Assembly (NCBI GenBank): GCA_965287045.1
Contig: OZ336885.1
Span: 63,798,001 to 63,862,000, forward strand
Source of the DNA: Carcharhinus amblyrhynchos
Taxonomy: Eukaryota
Direction: 5' to 3'
DNA length: 64,000 nucleotides
Below are positions 12,703 through 25,482 of the stretch, piece after piece. The notes under the pieces were generated by a model. That model searched no databases and was not told the origin of the DNA. It was given only the letters and a program-made list of their open reading frames with translations. Each line of letters begins with the position of its first letter. Position 1 is the first letter of the stretch. The position numbers were made by a program, and so were the translations under genes.

Positions 12703-13599
12703 ATATTATCAAATAAATAGGTTGGACTAAAACCTGGTGTTGTCAGACTTTTTACTGTGTTTACTGTGAAACAGTCAGTTATGCATGCACCTTGCCATCT
12801 CACCTCTGATTCAGTGCGAATTCAATTCTGTACAGTCTGTCATGAGGGACCCTGTAAACTGTCTTACTACTATCCACGTAGACAACATCAACTGCCCTAC
12901 CTTATCAATATTCTTCGCAAATTCCTCGAAGAACTAGAAAAATTAGATTGAGCCGACGTCCCTTTCCAGAAAAGAAACATGTTGCCACTCTCTAATATGC
13001 CCACTTACTAGCAAGTGGGACTCAATCCATCCTCGAAGAATCCTCTCTAATTGTTTTCCGTCCAATGACCTCAGGCTCTTGATATATTTCTTAAACAAAG
13101 GAACAACATTGGCTACTCTCGAATCCTGCGGGAATGACTCTGTAGCCAATGAGAATGCAAACAATTCTCTGAAGGCCCCCCACAATATCCTCCATTGCAT
13201 CTCTCAGTATTTTGGGGTATTGTCCATCAGACCCCAATATCAACATGATATCAACATTACCAAGCGTTCCCAGACTCATCTATTTGGTGAATACTGACGT
13301 AAAGTATGCACTGAACATCTGACCCATTGCCGTGGCTCCAAACGTACATTGGCTCCATTGTCCTTAGGTGGGCCAAACCGCTTCCTGGCTACCATCTTCC
13401 TCGTCATATATGTGTAAAAACTTTGTAACGTTCCTGAAAGTTGCTGGCCAATAACTTTTCGTGATCCGATTTGCAGACTTGACAAATACTTCATTCTTCT
13501 GTTTGACTAAAATTGTGATTTTTCTCGTGAATCAACATTCCTAAAAATTGCCACAATTAACCTTCATCCTTGCAGGAACAGGTTCCTACAGATGGGAGT

Positions 13600-14148
13600 G
13601 TAGTTAATGTAACTAGATATCGGCCTTGGAGGGAGAGCAGAGAAGGTTCACTTGGCTGATACAGGAGATGAGGGGGTTAGCCTATGAGGAGAGATTGAAT
13701 AGACTGGGTCTGCACTCGTTGGAGTTTAGAAGCCTGAGGGAGGGATCTTATAGAGCCATATAAGATAATGAAGGGGGTACAGAGGGTAGAGGTAGGGAGA
13801 TTTTTCCTGCTTACAAAAGTTAGCAGACCTAGAGGGCACAAATTCAAAATAAGGAGGAGGGGGGGGGGGGGTTGCAGTTTAGATCAGAGTTGAGGAGGAA
13901 CTTCTCCACTCAAAGGTTGGTGAGTCCCTGGAATTCTCTGCCCATTGAAGTGCTGGAGACTACCTCGCTGAATATATTTAAGTCACGGGTAGATAGGTTT
14001 CTGATGGAAAAGAGAATTAAGGATTTTGGGGGGAAAGCAGAAAAGTGGAACTGGTCCACTTCAGATCAGCCATGATCTTGTTGAATGGCGGGGCAGGTAC
14101 GAGGGGCTAGATGGCCTACCCCGCTCCTATTTCTTATGTTCTTATAAC
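13600..14148 (+). mobile_element. CR1 LINE 3' fragment with tail
   Basis: ORF 13872 (RRNFSTQRLVSPWNSLP); tail 'aatggcggggcaggtacgaggggctagatggcctaccccgctcctatttcttatgttcttat'. Confidence 0.9.
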
Positions 14149-14149
14149 C

Positions 14150-14765
14150 TAAATTCCACTGTTTAACAAGAGAACAAGACAATTTGAATACAATAATTGC
14201 AATGTCCTGCTGCAATTTCGCGGACTGTGGATGAGGCCACACATGGAGCACTGTGTAGAGTTCTTTTTTTGTCTTTATCTGTGAACATATCCTGATATTA
14301 TTTTGCGACACAAGGCATGCTGCGAATGTTTACCAGGGTAATTAATTGCTGCGATTTGTTACATGACGAGAGAATGAGTGAGTGATTTCTTTTTTCTTAT
14401 GCGTTTTAGAAGAGTGAGAGTTGATCTCAAAGCACTTCCGAAATTCTAACAGGATTAGAGAGTATAGTGTCTGAAATAACATTTCTGGTGGTGGGTCAGT
14501 ACAGAATTAGGGTCATATTTTGTGGATCAGGGAAATGTCTTTTAGGACACCTGTGAGAAGAAATTACAGTACTCAAAGAGTGGAGAAACGATGGAATTCA
14601 CTGCCACAGAAAGTACTTTGGCATAGCATAATCAATTGGTATGAGCAAATCAGGATGTTTAAATTATTTAATTCATTTTATATAGCAGTATTTTTGGTTT
14701 GTCATCGACCATGATTGCAATGAATGGCGGAGCAGGCGTTAGTAACCAAATTGCCCACTTTTACG
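14150..14765 (+). mobile_element. Older degenerate CR1 3' fragment
   Basis: 'ccacacatggagcactgtgtagagttc', RRNYSTQRVEKRWNSLP, tail 'aatggcggagcaggc'. Confidence 0.75.
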
Positions 14766-14874
14766 TCAATTTACCACGTTTCCAAACATAATACGATTGG
14801 TATTGTTATGCGATTTCGCAGCAAAGGGAACAGATCCAAGCTTTGCATTTCTGCCACTCCAGTCTGTAATGATG

Positions 14875-15668
14875 ATAGAAGTATAAAAGATACTGAAGGG
14901 AATAGATAGAGTTAATAGTGAGAGACTGCTCCCTAGACTGGGTACGAACACGAGAGGTCATCATTTACGGGTGAGGGGGGGGGAGGTATAATTTGGAGGT
15001 GAGAAGAAGGTTCTTTACGCAGAGAGTTGTGGGGGTCTGGAATGCGCTACCGAGTAGGGTGGTGGAGGCAGGAACGTTGGACTCGTTTAAGATGCAGTTA
15101 GATAGGCACATGAGTGAAACGAGAATGGAGGGATATGGTAGGGGCTATTAAATAGGGTTAAACCTCGGGAGACACCGGAAGGGCAGGCTGTATGATTAAT
15201 ATTTTTTGTCTTTATTCCACAGGTGGAGGTCCACCTCGTGTCAAGCAAGGGGCATGCACACGGCGGGTCTTGCGTGGGCTGCTCTTGGAAGTCCAGGAGT
15301 GGCCTAGTACTTCATGTCGGTGTGTGTGCTTGATCCTGGACCGGTAGACGGGCGCCGCAACAGCTCAGTGACTAGCACTGCTGGCTGTGCAGACAAATGG
15401 ATTTGGGCCTGTGTCTGTGGGAGTTTGCGCATTCTCCCTGTGGTTGCGTGGGTTTCCTCCGGGCGCTCCGGTTTCCTCCCACACCCCAAAGATGTGCTCT
15501 TAGGCTAATCGGTTTTTACCAAATTGACACTATTTCTTCCCTGAATCTGACTGAGTAGGGTCCCATTCGTAGACATGCAGAGTAGAATAGGTGTAGGGTG
15601 ATGCGGCGGCGCGGGCTCGTTGGGCCGAAGGGCCTGTTTCCCGTGCTGGGTTGTTCTTTGTTCTTTGT
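14875..15668 (+). mobile_element. Composite element: CR1 ORF2 C-terminus + extended 3'UTR with splice acceptor + V-SINE core + CR1-type tail
   Basis: ILKGIDRV...RRRFFTQRVVGVWNALP...GY* to about 15150; ttttgtctttattccacag at about 15204-15222; V domain 'gggagtttgcgcattctccctgtggttgcgtgggtttcctccgggcgctccggtttcctcccacaccccaaaga'; tail 'gggccgaagggcctg...tgttctttgttcttt'. Confidence 0.85.
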
Positions 15669-15714
15669 ATGTACAGTAAAAACACATACACTTAAAGGGG
15701 ACGATCCACACACA

Positions 15715-17435
15715 TGTCATCATCAGCGTTGGAGAAGCCCGACAATTAATGGAAACAATAATGCTGAAAATTTCGAGGCAATCTTCAGCCAATAGGCCCC
15801 AGAGGATGATTCATTCCGGTCTCCAGCATCAATGGAAAATCTGCATGCAATTTTATTCACTCCACTTGATATCAAGCCTTGTTCGGTGGCGCTGGAGAGT
15901 GCAAAAATGATGGACTCTGACAATATTCGTTCAATGGAACAGAAGACTTGTGCTCGAGAACTTGTCCCAATCAATGTCTTGCAGCACTGGTACAAGACGT
16001 GCATTTAACGAACCATGTTGGAAATTCACCAGGTTGTGCTGTGCCCATCAACAGGACAAACCGAAACTTGTCAAATTCAAATCAATCAGTCTACTCACGA
16101 TCATTAATGATGTGATGGAATGCATCATCAATAGTGTTATCAAGCAGCACCCATTGAACAATAATCTTCTCAGTCACGCTAAACAGTGAGTTTCACCAGG
16201 GTCATTAAAATCATGACCTCATTTCAGCCATGGTCGCACATGGAAAAGGGAACTGAACAAGAAACTTGAAGTGACCGTGTCAGTTTTTGACATTACTGTT
16301 GCATTATTCCAAATATGGCATTATGGTGCCCTCTAAAAATTGGAATCAATCGGTCTAAGCAGTCAACCTCCCCGCTGTTTAAAGCTATACTTAACATATA
16401 AGAAAACAGTTGGAGCTGTGGGTGGGAAGAGTTGGTGTGGAGCTCCAAGACATGTGTGCAGGAGTTCCACAAGGCTATGCCCGAGTTCGCAATATTCCTA
16501 ACTGCCTCATCAGTGGCATTCCCTCATTCATAATATTTAAAGTGGTGTTATTCGCCGATAACTGGTCAATGTTCAATTCCATTCGGTATTCCCCAGATAC
16601 TGAAGCAGTCCATACGCAAAATGCAACTTTCTTTTGCAAGATGGAGGCTTGGGCTGACTCGTGAGAAATAATTGCTTCTTGTACATATATGCCAGACAAT
16701 TATAATCACATATAAGAAACAAATTAATCAGAACCCATTGACATTCAGTTGTCTTACCATCGACAAATTCCCAACTTTGGATAATTGTGGTGGACGTTGA
16801 ACACAACATCAACAGGATTTGCCACACAAAGACAGTGCCCAGAAGAGCAGGTCCAAGTATAGGAATGCTCGACAAGTAACTCGCTTGCTGACTCCAAAGC
16901 TTGCCCACATTTAGAAGTCACACGTCCCGAGATGAAATATTTATCCACACTTGGAAGCGTGGGTATAGCTCCAACAACCCTGGAGGAAAATGGTAAAATC
17001 CAGGACAAAAAAAAACCTGCTCCATTGGCACCAATTGCTCAAACATCCATTCCCGCCAGCACCGATCATCATTGGCAATAGTTTGTATTGTCTGCAAAAT
17101 ACTGCGTGGAAATTAATCAAAGATCCTTCGGCAACAATTTCACAACTGATAACTAGGTCCATCTAAGTGAGAAGTGCAGCAGGCATTTGGGGAGATCACA
17201 ACTTTCGAGTCCCTCCGAGACTCTCAAAACCCTGACCTGTTAAGACATCAATCGTCCTTCTCAGTGGCTGGATTACAATCTTGTGATTCCGTCCCTAAAG
17301 GCACTGTCGATCAAAGATGTCTCGTGGACTTTAATTCTTCAAAATAGACGGTCACCATCACATTCTCAGGTGCAACTGTGGATGTTCAATAAATGTTGCC
17401 CAGATAGCAACCTCCGTGAACCACGAAAATACAAA
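15715..17435 (+). mobile_element. Highly decayed non-LTR retrotransposon (CR1/L2-group, second family)
   Basis: Fragments QQDKPKLVKFKSISLLTIINDVMECIIN, AGVPQG, VLFADN; related copy at 52840-54890. Confidence 0.75.
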
Positions 17436-17458
17436 ATGACAACTGAGCTCTAGCTCAC

Positions 17459-17485
17459 CTGCTTGGAGGCTCTCTTTGTCGCCTG
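17459..17485 (-). CDS. 27-nt phase 1-1 micro-exon AGDKESLQA (NAGNAG acceptor; 24-nt alternative)
   Basis: Acceptor cttcaccccgatttgcag|CAG, strong donor CAG|gtgagc. Confidence 0.6.
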
Positions 17486-18268
17486 CTGCAAATCGGGGTG
17501 AAGTTTGTTCACATTTCATGTGCAGTCCCTTATTTTCTCTCAAATGTAGAAGCCTATCATCTGATGATATTGTTTCTCAGAGCGAAACGGCACCTCAAGA
17601 CATAAGTATATATGCCATAGATCTCAAGGCTGGAGAATGTAATTTGTTGATCAGCGAGTTAAAGCACCAAAATAAATGGCATGATCAGCGTAATGTTTTC
17701 GTAAGCTGAAATAAAATTTGTGACGGAATATGGTGACGTTACCTCCGGATTGTTTATCAACTTGACATTGCGACACACCTCAATTTCTTCACTTAGCAAT
17801 AGCGCTTTGAACACATTTCTATTTACCTCATAAGACGGTATGGTATTTGTTTTTTTCAATGCCGCACTGTTAAGATACTGGACGATATGTGATTGTCAAG
17901 AGTGCATCTTCAATTTTCTGGCTGGGGCTACACCCATCAATTCTATCTCAGCGATTAAATACAATAATTTGATGAGAATACTATTGAAAGTTCTATCCTC
18001 TAAAATCAATGAATAGGTATGAATGTTACATTTTGATGGAATTGAGTGAACCAAAAAATTCAACACATATGCGTGCAGCTGAACCTAAAATTTCCGAACT
18101 GTATCAGTACAATTACGTTATTCCTAGATAAATATACAAAGCGCAAAAATCGTGTGCACCACTGTTGCTTAATTCCAAACAACGACATGTTAGTGAGCAT
18201 GCATATAAATTTCAAAGGACAATTTCTCCTGTTTGTAATGGATAATCTGCCAGTACGAATTTACTCAC

Positions 18269-18304
18269 CTAGATCATAAATGTTCTCTTTCAGCTTGTCG
18301 ACAG
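18269..18304 (-). CDS. 36-nt phase 1-1 micro-exon AVDKLKENIYDL
   Basis: Acceptor tcttccttgtttcatatttgcag, donor TAG|gtgagt; only phase 1 is open; matches the 12-aa repeat. Confidence 0.8.
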
Positions 18305-19544
18305 CTGCAAATATGAAACAAGGAAGACTTCGTCATTTGATCTGATCTGTAGTATGAACAACTGACAATTATGAAATTGGGATTGGTGTTACAACCATTG
18401 ATTGAAAAGCGAACATGTGACGACAGACCGGCAACTGAATGAAATGGCGGGTATCAACGTTGATATCGAGTTCATGACAAACGGAAACACGAAATAAGCA
18501 GAGCAACTGCCTGTAATGCAAATTGGTCTCAGAATCTAAAGCGGCTGTAAATATATGTGATTGAGGCGTTCTCACTGTTATGTGCCTAATTACTGGGAAA
18601 AAAAAATCCTGGAAATACTTGACAATAGTAAGCACACAGAGTATTTTTTAATGCAATACATGTGTGAACTAATCTTAATGTTAAAGTCATATTGATTGTT
18701 TTGATCTCGATTAGTTCCCAAACATTGTCGACTCAAAGAGCGGTGATGAACTCAATACTGCATAACAGCAAAAATAAATTAAATTATCTTGCTCTTTATT
18801 TTACGTTCAATGAGTCTTTCACAGTCCAGCTTTGTCACGCCAGTAGTCCATTTGTTTCCACACGGAGGAATTTTCAGAGATGTTTTACAAAGTGATTGTG
18901 GCTTTGAAATTGCACATTTATTAAAAGTCAAATCCGCCATTTTAGTGAAACTCTCATGTTTATTTTGAAACAATTTACGTTTATCCAACTCGGGCCGAAA
19001 CCAAATATTTCATTTTAAAAACAGAGATTCTCCACTGAATGAGTAAAGGTTCGTTTACTTTCATGCAGTACAAATCTGGGTGGAAGAAAGTCTCGAGTAT
19101 AGCTGGTCGTCTTCCATCGTCCGCCGTTATGCACGGTGGAGCCATTGGCAGTTCTCCTGAGATCAACAGAGCCAAAAAAAATAATTTCCGGGAAACCGTG
19201 TGCTTATCTATGTTATCTTAAAATGAACCTTTCCTCATCTGCTCTCTTTCCCACATCAATCGAGCGTAATTAATAATCAACATCAGTTTATAATATTATT
19301 GGCGTTTAAAAAAAAAACATGATATCATGCCGCCGGATAATTGATTATTTCAGCGTCAACTGATGTCTGATTCTGCATATCTGCCCCTTTTTTTTACATT
19401 ATAGTCAATACAACAGTTAACAGTTTTAACATCTCAGACGATAAGCGTTCGAAATTCCTCGTGGGGAGTTTTTTTTTACATCGAGTTCATCCTTACAGAT
19501 TTTCATTCAAAATAGGATATCTTATGATGTTTCAGTGTTTTGGA

Positions 19545-21010
19545 ACAACAGAGAGCACCACAGCATAGAAGCAGCTCCTTCACACACCCCGGCCCCTCCT
19601 GACCACGCCGAATCGCCTTTCTGCCAGTCCTACGAACGTGCACCTGGAACATATCCGTCTGCATCCCTCTCATCCATGTAACTGTCCAAGTTGTTCTTAA
19701 ATGTTAAAAGCGAGCCCGCATTCATGCTTCATCTGGCAGCTCATTCCACACTCCCACCACTCTCTGTGTGAAAAACCCCCCTCCTCTCTCCGCCCCCTTC
19801 TCCCCGTATTCCCTTTAAAATTTCCCCCCTTTACCTTAATACATGTCCTGTAGTATTTTTTTCTCCCCTAGCCTCAGGGGAAAAATCGTGCTTTCATTCA
19901 TTCTATCTATACGCATCATAAGTTTCTGCACCTCTATCAAGTCTCCCCTCTTTCTTTTACGCTCCAGGGAATAAAATCCCAACCTATTGAAACTTTCTCT
20001 GTAACTCACTTTTTCAAGCCCCGGCAACATCTTCGCAAACCTTCTCTGCACTCTTTCAGAATTATAAATATCCTTCTTGTAATTAGCTGACCACAACTGC
20101 ACAGTACACTCTAAATTCGGCCACAGCAATGCCTTATACGAAGTCACTATGACATTTTATCTCTTTTAATCCGTATTTTGATTATAAAGGTCATAGTACC
20201 AAAAACACTCTTTACGACCCTATCTAACTGTGACGCCAATTGTAGGGAATTATGCGCCTGTATTCCCAGACTCCTCTATTCTACTGCACTCTTCAGCTTC
20301 CTAACACTTACTTTGTATATTCTACCTTGGTTTGTCCTTCCAAAGTGCAAAACCTCACACTTGTCTACATTAAACTCCAGCTGCTATTTTTTAGCCCATT
20401 TTTCAAGCTGGTCCAAATCTCTCTGCAAGCTTTGAAAACTTTCCTCGCTGTCCACTGCACCTCTAAACTTTGTATCATCAGCAAATTTGCTGATCCAGTT
20501 TACCACAGAATCATCCAGATCATTGATATAGATGACAAACAACAATGGACCCAGAACTGATCCCTATGACACACCACTAGCCACAGGCCTCCAGTCAGAA
20601 AAGCAATCCTCCACTCCTACTCTCTGGCTTCGTCCATTGACCCAATGTCTAATCCAATTTATTTCATCTCCATGTATACCGAGCGACTGAACATTCCTAA
20701 CCACCTCCCATGCGGGACCTTCTTGCATTTTTTTAATATACTCCTCAAGCATCTTATGTGTTGTTTGTTGCCTTTCATGCCATACATCTCTCTTCTTCTT
20801 CTTTATCATAGTTCCAATACCTCTCGAGAACCAAGGTTCCTTATTGTTATTCAATTTGCCTTCAATCGCAAGAGCAACATGCAAACTCTGCACTTTCAAA
20901 ATGTCTCCTTTGAAGGCGCCCCGCTTACCAATCACATTCTTGCCAGAAAATAGCCTGTACCAATACACACTTGTTAGAGCCTTTCTCATTTCTTCAAATC
21001 TGGTCTTTTT
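19545..21010 (-). mobile_element. CR1 LINE fragment with internal deletion
   Basis: ORFs 19836-20147 (WPNLECTVQLWS, RGDLIEV) and 20564-20989 (WRPVASGVS). Confidence 0.9.
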
Positions 21011-21599
21011 ACTCTAATTTATATCAGCGTCTTTAAGTGTGGGTTTATTTTATGGCCTTTGATGATGTTCAATTGAATATTAATGTTGGCATTGGCATTA
21101 TGACCAGCGCATTCTGAGCCAGGCGAACCGTTGTCATAAGAGTAAACGCATGCTCCCATGTTAAGTATTTGAGAAAATGCATGTGTTCGGGTGGCGAAAA
21201 TTTCGTTTCCGTCTGCCCGCCTTTAGTATGGAAGATTTGAATGTTCTAATTTTGAAACTTGGCCGTGACATTGCCTCACTTGAAGTACGGAAAGACAAAG
21301 TCGAAATGCAGTTCACTGTGAGGAAAGGCGGAGCAAGGTGACATGCGTTTGATCGAGAAAGAAAATAGCTCCAATCGAATTGGTGAACGACCTCCGTTCA
21401 CAGAAAAGTTGGGAACTGGAATGCATCGATACAAAATGCATGTCTGAAAATGTTTCAGTGACACTTTTGCAGAGATGATAACGTTACTCGACTAATAATC
21501 CAGAAAGACCACTTAATGTTCAGGAGCCTTGAGTTCAATCGCGCCACTATCAAAGGAGGAATTTACTCTCAGGTAAAGGAAGCCAATCCGTGTAATGGT

Positions 21600-22470
21600 T
21601 CTTATTCTTAGAAACTAGAATAAGCAAAAAAAAAACATATTTCGGCCCGTCCTGCCTGCTCCACAATTCATTACGATGACTTCACTTCCTGTATTCCACT
21701 CTCCCCACAACCATTGATCCCATCGGCCAAAGAGTTATGTCTAAATACTACATGAAATTTCACAGAGTTTTGTCATTTGCTACTATCCGGTAGTTGATTC
21801 TAAGTAATTACCACTCCTTCAGTTCAATGCAAATTCTTATTGCCGCTCTAATTGTTTTGTGTTTCACCCTCCTCAGAGGGCGAATAGTAATGGAATTTCT
21901 CACGAAACCTCTTTCAGGAAAATGACACGGCTAAACCCATCATTGTTTTAAACATATTTAAGAGATCCCCTCGCACTGTTCCACATTCAAATCAATACAA
22001 TCCTGACCGACTGAGTCTCGCTTTATTGTACAGCATTGTTATGGGTGGAATCTACGAAATTAGCCTTTGCTGCATTCCCTTAAAGCAAAAGCTATGTAAC
22101 CTCAGCTGTGACCATTAGAATCACACACAGTACTCCAGTACTGGCAGCAAAAACGCCCTTTATAATTGCAGCCATACATCTATACACCTACACTAAAATT
22201 GCGCTGCTATGAAGGCCAACAGACTTCTTGATGTACCTGAAAAATTCCATTCAGCGACTGATGCATGAGGACACCGATATGTAATTGCCTTTCCAGATCT
22301 ATCAAGTGGCGACAATTCCACTCATACACTATATTCTTACGTTTGCCGGTTTAATGGATAGACTCATTATAACCAAATACAGCATCAGCTTTCTGTCTGC
22401 CCACTCAGTCTGTCCATATCACGGTCAAACGTTCCAGCATCCTCCTGACAGATAATTCTTCCTATTTACC
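21600..22470 (-). mobile_element. Very old CR1 remnant
   Basis: Tail-like 'ttcggcccgtcctgcctgctccacaattc'; 'cacacagtactccag' (LEYCV). Confidence 0.55.
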
Positions 22471-23559
22471 AAACGTGGTCATGGTTTGTTTCGTTCTCCA
22501 GACCAAATCAGTAATTAGTTGTATGGGCATTTGGGGTCCAAGAAAACTTTATCCTTTTCACGATCATAGCCACAAGTGTTCCATGCACTGCCTGCTCGGT
22601 TCAATTTCAAATGATGCTTGCCACCTATTTCCATACTGCCTGTTGAGTCAGTGTCTGCGTGGTGACCGCCTCTCTTGTACGTACTACCCACAAACATTTT
22701 TCACTTTGTCGATGCTGCGTGATCAGACAACGGCTTGAGATTTTTCTTTCCGTTCAACTATGAATGGTAACGAGAAAAAAAAAGGAAAAAAAATACACTT
22801 AGAACATCGAATCAGAGCGACTCTTAACAAATATCACAAAGTGCAGTTTATAGTACAAGAACTCCCCTCGTCAGCCATATAACTGTTCGGATTTCGACGG
22901 GAGATGGAAGTTGCGTTCTGTTAGTTCTTATTATTTTAACGATCTGGATCTCCTCTTAGATTCACTTTCTAATCACTGTATTATTGTCCCAACTTACTTC
23001 TACAAACCATAGTTATTATTTTAGTTATTTCACCCTCACCTATTTCAAGACAGTCATAGATATCAGTTCCGCACGAAGGACATCAGCTTACCATTTTACA
23101 ATGGCTTAACTCATGTATGTTTGAAACTGAGCGTGTTGTTTGGTGGTTGTCTTTCGAAGGTTCAATGGTCTCCATGCAACGAATGTAAATGAGGAAGCCG
23201 AGCCTTGAGATCTGTTAAATGTCCCATCGCAGAAGTGTTTCACTCCCATGTCCGGCCGCCGATGGGAGAAAAACATCATTTGTTGTATTGAAAATAAGTA
23301 AAACAGTCTGGTCCTCTGGCTGGCCATCCGCTGGCAAAACGATGTGGTTAGTTCTTAATTGAATGATGACTTTGCCAATCAAATGATAGCATGAATGAAT
23401 TGATGGTGTTCGCCTTGGAGTGAACCCCTCATGCCAAAGACCTGTATTATGAAATGCAATTGCGGAGTTCAAATGGAGTATTAAGAAGAGATTTTTGGGA
23501 GTATGTGTGGCAGTGACTTCGTCGAAAACTTCTGGGAATAACAAACACTTGGCAAGGTC

Positions 23560-24598
23560 CCTCATGGCGGCTGTTGCAGAAGGTTAAATCTCACGTGACC
23601 AAAGGTGAACTAGCTAGATGGGTACAGAACTGACTTGGCTATGGAGACAGAGGGTAGTAGTGGAGGGTTTTTTTCTTTCTCCTGATTGGATGTTTGTGTC
23701 TAGTGGTGTTCTGCAGCTGTCTGTAATGGTTTCTGGTATATATTGTCAGAGATTACAGCAAGATAAAGATAGGCTGCAAAATTGGGCGGAAAATGAGAGG
23801 TGGAATTTAATCCAGATAATGTGATGTGATGCATTTTGATAGGTCTAATGCAGGGATGGGGGGGGGGGAGCTATACATAAATGACAGAACGATTAGGGAA
23901 ATAGACACACAGACAGAAGGAATTGGGTATGCAAGTCAACAGACCCTGAAAGGTGGCAACACAGATGGAAAAAAAAAGGGTGAAGAAGGCAGATACCATG
24001 CTTACCTTTGTTGGACGGGACATAGAGTATAAAATTTAGCACACGGTATTGCAGTAATAGGGAACGTTGTTTCGGTCACATTTGGAATACTGAGTCCAGT
24101 TCTGGTCACCACGCCACCAGAAGGACGTAGAGGCTTTGGAGAGAGTTCAGAAAAGGTTTATCAGGATGTTGCCTGGTATGGAGGGTATTAGATGTGAAGT
24201 GAGATTGTGTAAACTTAGGCTGTTCACCCTGGAAAGACTGAGGTTGGGTGGCGACCTAATAGAAGTTTATAAGATTATGAAAGGCATAGATAGCGTGAAC
24301 ATTTGGTAGTATTTTTTTCTCCCCCAATTCTGAAACGACAAACACAAGGAGTCACAAGTTCAAACTAAAGAGGCAACGTTCAATACAGATATGTGGGAGA
24401 TTGTTTTTACACTGAAGGTGGTGCGGGCCTGGAATGCAAATCCAAGCAAGGTTGTTGAAGCAGACACGCTAGGACCAATTAAGACTTATTGAGATCGCCA
24501 TGCTAACTGACTTGGACAATAGGGATACAAACGGATGACCTATTTAGGAACACAAGATCTGTGCAAGCTTGGAAGACCGAAGAGACTGTTGCAGTGCT
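23560..24598 (+). mobile_element. CR1 LINE 3' half, degenerate
   Basis: RQRVVVEG, QDKDRLQNWAE, 'cacatttggaatactgagtccagttctggtcacc', tail 'gaccgaagagactgttgcagtgctg'. Confidence 0.9.
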
Positions 24599-25482
24599 GG
24601 ATTTTTTTTTGTCTTCTTTACAACACCTGCAAAAGTTTGAAATTGAGCCGTACTTTGAGGAAATGAGCAATATGACCCACATTTTTTTTGTTGTTGTTTA
24701 CATTCTATAAAGCAGCACTTGGTCGTGTCAGATGTTTTTCCCATCAGGGCATTTTGCTTTCTGGGAAATGTGTTCGGAGCAAACTCAACGTATTATGAAT
24801 AGCGAGAAACATTTCACTCGTCTTCCTTTGCATTTGCAGATTCAAGCGTACGATTTATTTTTGCCATCTTACGAAATTCTCGTGAGCTCAATAATGATAA
24901 AAATAAATGTTACAATTGGAATACAGTAAACAAAGCATTTTCGCCTTTACCTTTCTGTTTGTAGGAGAGCTTTAGTTCTAAAAGTGATATAATGATAGAG
25001 TGAAATAAGGGCATACTGTTGATAACAGTTTCCAAAACTTCATGAAGAGCTCTATCCGGCATAAATCCCCTACCAAATCGTTACTACGCTGTCCAATATT
25101 GATTATTTTATATGACTAGACATAGAACAAAATGCTTCATGCTATGTTACGTCACTGTGCCGTCACCTTGCTTGTGTTGTGGTACAAAGTCCAGGGAGGA
25201 ACGTTTTTTTCCAGTGGTATGATCCATTTTGTTACGTAAATTTATGAATTGGAAAAAAACTATAGTAATGTTGACAAGAGCTGCATGTAGTGAGCCAACG
25301 TGTTTGAGTTCCAACTATTTTAGCTTCGACGGACTGGGGAACTTAATTGTGTGTTTTAATGATCAATGATTCGTAGATAAGGCATTCGATTAGGCGCCTG
25401 TGCAAATCACGTCGCTCCGTCATCGACAATAAAACAGGCAGTCACGTTATGTTCCACAAAGGGAACGGATCCAAGGGCAACC

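Larger units (their letters stand above)
12520..12764. mobile_element. Penelope-like (pLTR-derived) palindromic element with target-site duplication
   Basis: Perfect inverted arms 12549-12654 and 12659-12764 around a 4-nt loop; direct repeat ttactgtgaaacagtca at 12503-12519 and 12761-12777. Confidence 0.85.
11690..13580 (-). mobile_element. Old CR1 LINE (fragmented RT), interrupted by the palindromic insertion
   Basis: ORF fragments RPHLEYSIQFWSP, MEFNSYKCEIMHFGKSN, RVANVVPLFKK. Confidence 0.9.

Noticed and set aside
21280-23211. Minus-strand candidates: 36 nt near 21280 (VNCISTLSFRTS), 42 nt at 22998-23039, 120 nt near 23092
   Set aside because: No repeat motif; the 120-nt one is open only in phase 0, which is incompatible with the flanking phase-1 exons
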